Shown here piece by piece: positions 35,924 through 44,114 of a stretch of 64,000 bases of DNA. The stretch comes from a virus: the IMG/VR virus record IMGVR_UViG_3300044609_000721, one strand, 5' to 3'. How positions within the stretch are numbered: position 1 is the stretch's first letter; each line of letters opens with the position of its first letter. The notes below the pieces were generated by a model, which saw nothing but the letters and a program-made list of their open reading frames with translations, was not told the origin of the DNA and did no database searches. A program made the translations under genes and the position numbers.

Positions 35924-38406
35924 TTCAGTTTAATGGTCGTTGCGGTTAGTGTCATGATTGTTGCAGCGGTCATCGTCATGGCTTGTCCAGCATTCAATGA
36001 TAGAGCACCGCCGATAGCACTCATAGCGATTGCACCTGTGGTAACTGTAGCGGTTAATCCTCCCGCAGCAACAGTAAAGAACATACCACCAGTTCCAACT
36101 AAAAGTGAGATTGGTCCAGCAGTATTGTTCACAGTATATCTAGGAACTGCATCTGCTCCCAATCCAGGATTGATAATCATGTCATATGAACCATGCATGA
36201 TCGTAAAGATACCAGACTTTGCTCTAGGTAGAGGTGGGAAGTTGATATTTCTAATTAGTGAGGGAGTCTCAACATAGATTGCATTACCTGCAGCCAACTT
36301 GAGGTCATTTGTGCAGTTGATGTTTAACGATGGAGCATTTAAGTTCATCGTATCTGTCATGATCTTAACATCAGTTCCAGGTTTGGATGCGATAGTTGAT
36401 CCCATACCCTGCATAGAGACTTTACCTCTACCAGCAATCTCAGTGTCACTATCAAAAACGATAACATTCTTGGATTGCTTTCCACTAGTATTACCTTTTG
36501 CTCCAGTTGATGTTACTGGCAATGGAGCACCATTGACTTTGAATGCCAATCTTCCACCAACTTCAATATCAAGATCTCCAGTGATCTTTAACTTATAACT
36601 ACCTCCAACATTCTGCTGGAACTCACCAAGGTTTTCAAGTAGGAAATCTTTCTGAGTCTCTACCTTAGTTGCACCAGGGAAGGTAATGACATCACCAAAA
36701 ACAGTCTTCTGGGGATTTGGTGCGGTCTGTGCTCCAGTAGACTTATTCTGCTGTTCAGCATCATACTTTTCTTTCCAGTTGCGATATTCCTGATTATTAG
36801 AACGAATACTCCACCATGACATACCACTAGCACGTCTTTCAATAGTGGATTGCCTACCTGGAGTACCACCATGAATCATATTATATCCACTTAATTGATT
36901 ACTTGAAGTTGTCAAGTATTCATTTGCATCTTCAAGAATTGCTTGAACAGCATTAACAGAAGATTTCACTGCAGCAACAGTAGTATTAGTTGTTACTGCT
37001 TGTCCACAACCAGCAGCAATTGATCCTAATGGATTTGATTCTGAGATGTTACAATCAGTAGTTCCAAGGAAAGGTACAAATGACGTAATCTTATCTCCAC
37101 CAGGAGCAGTGCGATCACACATTGTTGGTATTAGTCCCAACAGAAGACTGATAATGCTAGTGATACTACTGAGATCTTGAATATTAATCTTCTCAAGATT
37201 TTGGAAGAATGCCGTTCCACTCTTCATTACATTAGATACTGTCTTCGAAACTGCAACAGCGGAAGAAATTGCACTAACAATACCATTGATACCAGAAATA
37301 GCATCACTAATTGTACAAAGTACTTGGTTAACAATATCATCAAAAGCACCTTGTATTAGAGATGTCAATTGATCAAACGAAGATCCAACAACAGATTGAA
37401 CAAAACCCTCAATACCTTGAGACAGAACATTCATTGTTACGCTGAGCCAAGTGGAGTCCAATCCACAAAGAACTCTCAGAACTGCCTGAAGAATTGCCTG
37501 AATAGCAGTGGTTACAACTCCAGGAATGCCAGTGATACCTGCAATTTTTAAAGCTTTAAGACCAGCAGAAATTGTCTGTAAAAACAATTCTTTAACAGCA
37601 GCAAGTGCTTCAGATAAAACTCCAGATATTAAATTGATTACAGAACCAGTAAGTGCAGACATGTTAACTGGTAATCCACTACTGATACTGACATAACTGT
37701 TTTTACCAATAGAAACTACATTTGCACCAGTGATCGCAATGTTCTGCAGCATTCTAGTTAAAGTTCCCTCAAACGTATTGACGCTACCAGCAACAGCGTT
37801 GGCTGCTGGAGATGCTGCAATAGTAGGAACTGCAGGGTTAGCAGAACTACCACCAAATTGAACCTGAGCAAATGTATTTGCATCAGAAAATACTTGCTTC
37901 TCGTTAACTGGAGTATTTAATGAATTTGGTGGTGCTGATGCTCCAGTATCAACTCTATTAGTAGCACTAGATTTTAGAGATAGATTTGCTTCTGCACTAT
38001 ACTTATCATTACCAAAAATAGAATTATACTCACCTATACCAACCCCAGGTTGCTTTCTTGCTCTAACAACACCCATGATAACAGGTTGCTGAGCTTCTTG
38101 ACCATCAAGAAAGAAACCCATAACCATAGCACCATTCTGCAATTGTCCTGCAGATTCTCCAGATGCTTCAACTCCAGGTTGATTTGTTGGTTGTAAAACT
38201 ACTGACCAGGGAAGATCTTCGTTTGGTATCTTTTCCTTGAACTTATCATCAAGACCAGTGTACCATCCCATGATCCTGACTCTACATCTACCGAGTCTTA
38301 ATGGATCTTTATTATCTACAACTTCACCAAACCACCAGAAAAATCCATCTTTACCTAGATAATCTACTGTTGGTTCATTAATAATACCGTCAAACGTATT
38401 TGGCAT
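35920..38406 (-). CDS. gp5: baseplate hub/central spike protein (gp5-like; no lysozyme domain seen)
   Basis: OB-fold WWFGEVVDNKDPLRLGRCRVRI...LPWS...VMGFFLDG.EAQQPVIMG; C-terminal beta-helix-like repeats. Confidence 0.9.
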   Translation of the reverse strand: MPNTFDGIINEPTVDYLGKDGFFWWFGEVVDNKDPLRLGRCRVRIMGWYTGLDDKFKEKIPNEDLPWSVVLQPTNQPGVEASGESAGQLQNGAMVMGFFLDGQEAQQPVIMGVVRARKQPGVGIGEYNSIFGNDKYSAEANLSLKSSATNRVDTGASAPPNSLNTPVNEKQVFSDANTFAQVQFGGSSANPAVPTIAASPAANAVAGSVNTFEGTLTRMLQNIAITGANVVSIGKNSYVSISSGLPVNMSALTGSVINLISGVLSEALAAVKELFLQTISAGLKALKIAGITGIPGVVTTAIQAILQAVLRVLCGLDSTWLSVTMNVLSQGIEGFVQSVVGSSFDQLTSLIQGAFDDIVNQVLCTISDAISGINGIVSAISSAVAVSKTVSNVMKSGTAFFQNLEKINIQDLSSITSIISLLLGLIPTMCDRTAPGGDKITSFVPFLGTTDCNISESNPLGSIAAGCGQAVTTNTTVAAVKSSVNAVQAILEDANEYLTTSSNQLSGYNMIHGGTPGRQSTIERRASGMSWWSIRSNNQEYRNWKEKYDAEQQNKSTGAQTAPNPQKTVFGDVITFPGATKVETQKDFLLENLGEFQQNVGGSYKLKITGDLDIEVGGRLAFKVNGAPLPVTSTGAKGNTSGKQSKNVIVFDSDTEIAGRGKVSMQGMGSTIASKPGTDVKIMTDTMNLNAPSLNINCTNDLKLAAGNAIYVETPSLIRNINFPPLPRAKSGIFTIMHGSYDMIINPGLGADAVPRYTVNNTAGPISLLVGTGGMFFTVAAGGLTATVTTGAIAMSAIGGALSLNAGQAMTMTAATIMTLTATTIKLN

Positions 38407-38436
38407 GATACAATCGTATATTGATGTCCTTCAAAA

Positions 38437-38469
38437 TATTTATACAAAAAAAGGGAGGTCACCCTCCCG
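38437..38469 (-). terminator. rlpA terminator followed by a late promoter for gp5
   Basis: GGGAGG-GTGA-CCTCCC-T7, then TATAAATA (38444-38437). Confidence 0.85.
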
Positions 38470-38473
38470 ATAA

Positions 38474-38836
38474 TCAAACTCTACTATAACAAATACTAGC
38501 AACACCTTGACTTGGTGAAGCAATAGTAGAAAATGCACCATAGGATAGATCTAGATCCCTACCACCTACATAAGGACCACGATCATTCACACGCACAATC
38601 ACTGATTTACCATTTCGTTGATTCGTCACTCTCAACTTTGTACCAAATGGCAACCACTTGTGTGCTACCGATTTCCCATAAGCATTGTATCTTTCTCCAT
38701 TGGCAGTTGTCTGCCCATGATATCCATCACCGATTCCATAATGTGAGGCGAGGGAACATCCGCTCGCTGCCTTTGCGGAAAGGGGTGCCAGACCCACCAG
38801 ACCAAAAGCAAGAATTGAAATTGTTTTAAAAAGCAT
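38474..38836 (-). CDS. rlpA: RlpA-like lytic transglycosylase with a signal peptide
   Basis: ASHYG...TANGERYN...AHKWLPFGT.LRVTN...VRVNDRGPY...LDLS; probable start 38836. Confidence 0.9.
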   Translation of the reverse strand: MLFKTISILAFGLVGLAPLSAKAASGCSLASHYGIGDGYHGQTTANGERYNAYGKSVAHKWLPFGTKLRVTNQRNGKSVIVRVNDRGPYVGGRDLDLSYGAFSTIASPSQGVASICYSRV

Positions 38837-38845
38837 TAATTTTGA

Positions 38846-38912
38846 TAGAACTCTACATCCCAATAGAAGGGGGGTATACCACCCCTCTCGGGGGGCACCT
38901 TCCTGGGCTCTA
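38846..38912 (-). ncRNA. candidate structured cis-regulatory RNA in the rlpA leader
   Basis: GC-rich nested stems with a GAGA tetraloop in an AT-rich intergenic region. Confidence 0.5.
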
Positions 38913-39044
38913 AATGATAGTAGTCAAGTGCTTCATGACAAAAAAATCTACTATCAATGGGCGATACTGGATTCGAACCAGTGACCATCTCCGTGTAAAG
39001 GAGGCACTCTACCGCTGAGTTAATCGCCCAAAATGATAGTAGTC
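38912..39044. repeat. 14-bp direct repeat flanking tRNA-Val
   Basis: aaatgatagtagtc at 38912-38925 and 39031-39044. Confidence 0.85.
38958..39029 (-). tRNA. tRNA-Val(UAC)
   Basis: GGGCGAT/ATCGCCC acceptor; loop TTTACAC; TTCGAAT T-loop. Confidence 0.95.
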
Positions 39045-39464
39045 TTTGCTACCCCATATCAGTTTATTGTCTATATAACCCGCATCGCGTGTCATAAGTA
39101 CATTATTATGTAGTTTGAATTCGGAACGGAGATTTGCACCGCGAACGATACACTCCGTTCCGATATTTTTACCAAACCACGTATTATCCCTAAATGTAAT
39201 CAGTACATCACATTTATTGTTCTTGGTACCATCATCATTCCAACATTGCAATAAAATCCCAGATTCTGTTTCAATAAAAGTGTTTAACCTTTTTCGGTAA
39301 GGTTCGTTTTCTCCCATATAGTGATACCACTGTTTGGAAAGATACTTATCTTCACCGACATATTCCCAAGAAGAAAGAATCCAGGCATATTTAGTTGGGT
39401 TGCTGAACGCTTGGTCTTTGTTTGACCAGCGACCAAGCAGGTGTCTCAAGAACTCCGTTATCAT
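39009..39464 (-). CDS. cpeT: CpeT/CpcT-type phycobilin lyase
   Basis: GRWSN..QAFSNP, SKQWY, PYR, RDAG, WGS..YHF; last 21 nt overlap tRNA-Val. Confidence 0.8.
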   Translation of the reverse strand: MITEFLRHLLGRWSNKDQAFSNPTKYAWILSSWEYVGEDKYLSKQWYHYMGENEPYRKRLNTFIETESGILLQCWNDDGTKNNKCDVLITFRDNTWFGKNIGTECIVRGANLRSEFKLHNNVLMTRDAGYIDNKLIWGSKDYYHFGRLTQR

Positions 39465-39484
39465 AGCACAAGATCAGTGGGGTG

Positions 39485-39697
39485 TCAAACGTCGTAGATG
39501 CGGCACTCGTCTGCGTGAGGGTTGTCGTTGCAGTATAGCTCTAATGCAGTTGGATCCCTATCTTCATTTGGATGATTTGCCTTATATGATTCTAGAGATT
39601 TCAACTCTTCTTCAGTATGCCTTCTTTGCTGTGGAGAAGTTGTTGGATTATCTAGGATATCGGCATCATATTTAATATGCTTATCGATACTATCCAT
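39485..39697 (-). CDS. cp12: CP12 Calvin cycle inhibitor (phage type)
   Basis: LELYCNDNPHADECRIYD C-terminal motif. Confidence 0.9.
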   Translation of the reverse strand: MDSIDKHIKYDADILDNPTTSPQQRRHTEEELKSLESYKANHPNEDRDPTALELYCNDNPHADECRIYDV

Positions 39698-39723
39698 AGA
39701 ATTGTAAAAAATAGAAGTTAATA

Positions 39724-41061
39724 TTATTTAGGAGTAGCATCTCCTAGGGAATCTTTGACCAAATCAAGTTCACTGATAAGTGATTCACCACCAGAATACT
39801 TATGGCGGACTCCTGCAATAATATACAACCCCGTATAAATTTTGTCAAGTTGAATTTTTCCTTTTTCGGTAACAGTGTCTGGAATCTCAACAAAGACAGA
39901 ATTACCTGCGTTAAGTTTTAAATATCCAGGAACTTTAATTGATAACTTAATTGCCTCAAAATTAACTTTCCTACAATGAGTATAGATTGCAGTATCTTCC
40001 CATCTGCTTATATACTCACCAGTAGATGGTTGTATTTCCTTGGCTTTATCACTATCCCATAAATGCAATTGATTTGCTCTATACCTAACTCTTCTTGGAG
40101 TTTGCATTAGAGATTTTATACCTTGATCACCCTCTTCATATGGTTTGATGTTGCCAAGATGTTCCATCTTATTATAAACATCAAGTATATTAAAGTAACT
40201 TCCACCGTAGGGTATTTCTGGACTACCATTAGTTGGTACCTTTGAGTTGGATATAAAGTCTAGTGAGACTCCAACAAAAGCACCAGACCAATGACCATTC
40301 CTAACAGCATATAAAGAATCAAATAGATTTGGAAATGATATTGATTGTATATTGAATATATCCTTTCCTGTACTATCTTCTCCTAAATTTTTCATAAAGT
40401 ATCCATAGGTTGGAACTGTCCTATTGGTCTTTTTCTTATATTCTTCCTTTGCATCTTTGATGATTTTATCAAATGATTTGAAGTGGAATCCATCTGGATT
40501 CTCATAGAAAATAAATCCAGATTGTTTTTGATTTTCACTTCGAACTGCTTTAGATCCCAACCAGTTAACAACATCAAAAGGTCTCCAGTTCGGAACTACA
40601 CATTTAATATTATCCTTTGTTTTTTCTATGAAAATACCTTTCTTTGTGCCAAGTTCATTCGTAAGAATTTCACTTATAACTTCATCTGCTCTTTTATCTT
40701 TATAGCACTTGAAGATATTGGTAACTTCATTAAGTATAAATTCATTGGATACACACTCAAGAACATACTTCTCATTCTTCTCATATCTAACTCTAGGCCC
40801 AATACGATAAATTCTCATGAAATAAGTGTGAGTTCCAGTGAGAGTATCCTCAAGAATAATCTCTACCATCTCATTACCCTTCAACGTCTTGATCATTCCT
40901 ACCGAGTCGTTGATAGCAATGGTCATTCTCATGCATGGAAAATCTAGAGATTGAATAATATTAATCTCATTAACTAGAGACTCCCAGTTATCAGACTTTT
41001 GCTTAAGATCACTCGTAGTAAATCTTGCAGAATGTAGTTTTGTTTGTACTGACTGTGACAT
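39724..41061 (-). CDS. baseplate hub protein (gp27-like)
   Basis: VVPNWRPFDVVNWL, FIFYENPDGFHFKS, VPG..KLNAG; tail-module context. Confidence 0.65.
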   Translation of the reverse strand: MSQSVQTKLHSARFTTSDLKQKSDNWESLVNEINIIQSLDFPCMRMTIAINDSVGMIKTLKGNEMVEIILEDTLTGTHTYFMRIYRIGPRVRYEKNEKYVLECVSNEFILNEVTNIFKCYKDKRADEVISEILTNELGTKKGIFIEKTKDNIKCVVPNWRPFDVVNWLGSKAVRSENQKQSGFIFYENPDGFHFKSFDKIIKDAKEEYKKKTNRTVPTYGYFMKNLGEDSTGKDIFNIQSISFPNLFDSLYAVRNGHWSGAFVGVSLDFISNSKVPTNGSPEIPYGGSYFNILDVYNKMEHLGNIKPYEEGDQGIKSLMQTPRRVRYRANQLHLWDSDKAKEIQPSTGEYISRWEDTAIYTHCRKVNFEAIKLSIKVPGYLKLNAGNSVFVEIPDTVTEKGKIQLDKIYTGLYIIAGVRHKYSGGESLISELDLVKDSLGDATPK

Positions 41062-41067
41062 AATAGA

Positions 41068-44040
41068 TTATGCGAATTTCCAAGAATATTGAATTAATGA
41101 TGTAGTAGGATTTAGTGCTTCAATTGGTAGATTTCTACTTGGTCCTGGCGCTGGAAGTATTATTGGTTTTGCTGGTGATGTCTGAACCTGGGTCTGTGTT
41201 TGATTCTGTTGTTTAATTGCGCCTGCAGCGACCGAAGATGCCCCTGCAACAGCAGCGACGGCTGCTGCCTTGGTCTGACTCTTTAATTTATCCTTCTCCG
41301 CTTCTGCTGACGTTGTGGCGCTAGTTAGGGAAGGAGAAGATGCTGGTGCAGGTGATAGACCTAATGCTACATTCAACTTATTAAATGTTTCAGCAAGTCC
41401 AGTAATACCTGCCATCTCATCTTCAGTTTCAACTGGTATTTGATTTTCAGTGTCTGTAGATGGTCCAGATCCTGGTTTTGCCCCCTGTATAGGTTTACCA
41501 CCAATAGTAATGTCCTTCAATGCTCCACTAACAAGAGGATCTAATGATGTCCCCTTACCAAAATCTTGCTTTGTTCTGTGCTCAAAGTGTAGGTGAGGTC
41601 CAGTACCTATTCCAGTATTACCTAAGGTACCAATTTTAGATCCTGGAACTACTGTGTCTCCCCTCTTAACAAAAAATCCATCCAAATGAGCAAATCTAAG
41701 AATTTTTGATGGACCAACTTGCAAATCAACAGTATTTCCATATCCACTATAACTTCCAGCATAGAGAACCTTACCTCCAGTAATAGAAGTTATAGGAGTT
41801 CCTCTAGGTACTCCAGCGAGATCAATACCAGCGTGCCAACGACCCCATCTAGGACCATATTTTGACGTAATAACCGCTCCACCTGAAGTAGCCGTTCTTA
41901 GTCCTTCATCACCTGATCCTTTCTCCTCTTTAACTTTTCCACCCTTAGCATATTGGGGAAGAGCGTATCCTCCAGACTTTGCTTGCTTAAATCTAGAAGA
42001 AGTAAGTCCCTTGTTATTCTTAGTTGCTGGAGTATCAAATGGAATTACAAATGCACTATCAGATGCTCCACCTGCTGCTTTCTTAAATCCAACCCATTCA
42101 GTACCATGACCAATGAATGAAGTAGACATTCCACCATCAAGAGAGACGGGATATCCAGACATAGGACCAGAAATCCATCCACCCTTAGAAGCTTCTTGCT
42201 CTTTCTTTGCAGCATCAATTAACTTCTGCTTGTTCTTAATATCATCTTGTGTGATATATTTAAGGTCCAATCCCTTTTGAGCAGCATTATTAACAAAGTA
42301 TGCTCTTACTTGATTAAATGCTTTCTGTCTAATTGCTGCATTTTTGTTTCCAGAGATATCAATTTGATTTCCAAATGCCCAATCTTGAAATACCTCATAG
42401 TCACCATTGGTAGCATTGATTATTACTCTGTAAGGTTTTCCATCTGGTCCCTTAAATTTAACTTCGCCTCCCTTTCTGTCTCCTGCTTTAGAACTGAATT
42501 GAGAACCAGTTTGAGATGCTTGCCCAGCATCCATTGCTTTAGTTGCACCTTCTCTTCCTTGATCTGCACTTCCAGCACCTTGAGCACCAGCGGCTAGAGC
42601 AGATGCTGATGTATTATCTATTGAATCTGGTGGAGTTGCTGTTGGAGTTGTTGTACCCCCAATCTTATTGGCAATTACTTGCCCCGCAACCATCAAATCA
42701 GTAAGCAATCCAAGAACAGTATTATCACCCTTCCTGGTAAACTTCGTCTCTGTAGTTTTAACAGTCTTTCCTCTACCATACAGTTTCTGTAGTGAGGATT
42801 CTTTAGTCTTTCCTTTCTGTGGTTCAGCAGTTTTAGTCTGCCCAGATAATTTCTTAACTAAAGAAGAAGGAACTCCAAAACTATTTGCAACTGGTGCAAT
42901 AATATCGCTAAGAATTGGACTTAGTTTAGATGCAGGTCCACCAGTTTGTCCAACAACGCTTGAAATAGCACCAATAATACCAGCACCAATTCCCTTGAAT
43001 GGTGCCATGTATAGATCAGAAAGATTCTTCGCTTTCGCTTTATCTGGTTTATTGGTATCAGTACCTAAAGTAGATAGTGGTTTGATACCAGCATCACGAA
43101 TTCTCTTCTTATTATCTAAAGGAATCTTGACTTCTGGACCCCTCTCACCCATTACTGCCTGGGTTGGTCTAGTTACGATTCCACCATCTTTCAAGTGAGG
43201 AGCCTCAGATTCACCCTGAGACATGCTTCCTCCGATAGCCGCAGCAGTTCCAACAGCAGCGGCGGCACCTAATAGACGCCCTGCCTTTCCGCCTCCACGA
43301 ATTGCTCCACCAGAAGACCTTCTACCTTTTAATAGTTTAGATGCTTGACTTACAGACTTCCAAATAGTTTGAAGTACAAACTTAACTCCACTTAGAAGTA
43401 ACTTTGGGTTTTTGAGGAATGTGAATCCAAGAAGCAGAGATCCAAATCCAACAATAAACGTACCAAATCCCTTAAGTCTATCCCAGAACCCAAGATTGCT
43501 GTCAAGCATTGCTGCAAGACCATCAAGAGTTTTAGTAATATTGTCAGTTATGAATGTTTTCAGAAAATCAAATACACCTACTATTGCTTCCCATATCTTA
43601 GATAATTTCTGCTGATTTGCTGGGTTAGCAATCCACCTCAGAACAGATTGGGTAATTACTGCTCTCATCAGGAACCCACCGAGCTCCATGAGTCCTTCAA
43701 AAAATCCTCCAATTGCAGGAAGTACTGCTTTAGTTACATTAGACTCTAATTTAGTAAGTCCGCTAGATCCTTTCTTATTCTTATCTGCCCTTTCCTTCTG
43801 AAATTGTTTCTTCTCATCCTCAAGTTCCTTAGACTTCAACTTAAGGTTTTTGATGAGAGTATCACGAATCTGAGTATTAATTACAATTGTAGAATTTAGG
43901 GTGGCGCCCATTCTGTTAAATGCTGTTGCAAATGCAGAATAAGAAGATGCTGCAACTCCACCCGATTTAGATACCTTAGGTACCGTAACCATTTTATAGA
44001 ATACTGTTTTTGGTTTGGAGGTAGGAATTGCGGATGGCAT
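41068..44040 (-). CDS. tape-measure-like tail protein with an M23 peptidase domain
   Basis: GGIVTRPT...GERGPE motif; HAGID...FAHL...GPHLHFE. Confidence 0.8.
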   Translation of the reverse strand: MPSAIPTSKPKTVFYKMVTVPKVSKSGGVAASSYSAFATAFNRMGATLNSTIVINTQIRDTLIKNLKLKSKELEDEKKQFQKERADKNKKGSSGLTKLESNVTKAVLPAIGGFFEGLMELGGFLMRAVITQSVLRWIANPANQQKLSKIWEAIVGVFDFLKTFITDNITKTLDGLAAMLDSNLGFWDRLKGFGTFIVGFGSLLLGFTFLKNPKLLLSGVKFVLQTIWKSVSQASKLLKGRRSSGGAIRGGGKAGRLLGAAAAVGTAAAIGGSMSQGESEAPHLKDGGIVTRPTQAVMGERGPEVKIPLDNKKRIRDAGIKPLSTLGTDTNKPDKAKAKNLSDLYMAPFKGIGAGIIGAISSVVGQTGGPASKLSPILSDIIAPVANSFGVPSSLVKKLSGQTKTAEPQKGKTKESSLQKLYGRGKTVKTTETKFTRKGDNTVLGLLTDLMVAGQVIANKIGGTTTPTATPPDSIDNTSASALAAGAQGAGSADQGREGATKAMDAGQASQTGSQFSSKAGDRKGGEVKFKGPDGKPYRVIINATNGDYEVFQDWAFGNQIDISGNKNAAIRQKAFNQVRAYFVNNAAQKGLDLKYITQDDIKNKQKLIDAAKKEQEASKGGWISGPMSGYPVSLDGGMSTSFIGHGTEWVGFKKAAGGASDSAFVIPFDTPATKNNKGLTSSRFKQAKSGGYALPQYAKGGKVKEEKGSGDEGLRTATSGGAVITSKYGPRWGRWHAGIDLAGVPRGTPITSITGGKVLYAGSYSGYGNTVDLQVGPSKILRFAHLDGFFVKRGDTVVPGSKIGTLGNTGIGTGPHLHFEHRTKQDFGKGTSLDPLVSGALKDITIGGKPIQGAKPGSGPSTDTENQIPVETEDEMAGITGLAETFNKLNVALGLSPAPASSPSLTSATTSAEAEKDKLKSQTKAAAVAAVAGASSVAAGAIKQQNQTQTQVQTSPAKPIILPAPGPSRNLPIEALNPTTSLIQYSWKFA

Positions 44041-44114
44041 ATATTAACCCTTTTGTAACATTTCTTAACATTCCTTTTTCATGATTTTTGGCGGCGCTTC
44101 GGAACGCCCCCTCG

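Noticed and set aside
38846-38957. HDV-like (theta) ribozyme after tRNA-Val
   Set aside because: I could not fit the nested double-pseudoknot, and the structure does not start at the tRNA 3' end
39460-39488. sigma70 promoter TTGACA-17-TATGAT for cpeT
   Set aside because: Good consensus match, but its -10 box contains the apparent cpeT ATG; it may serve tRNA-Val instead, so it is left unassigned
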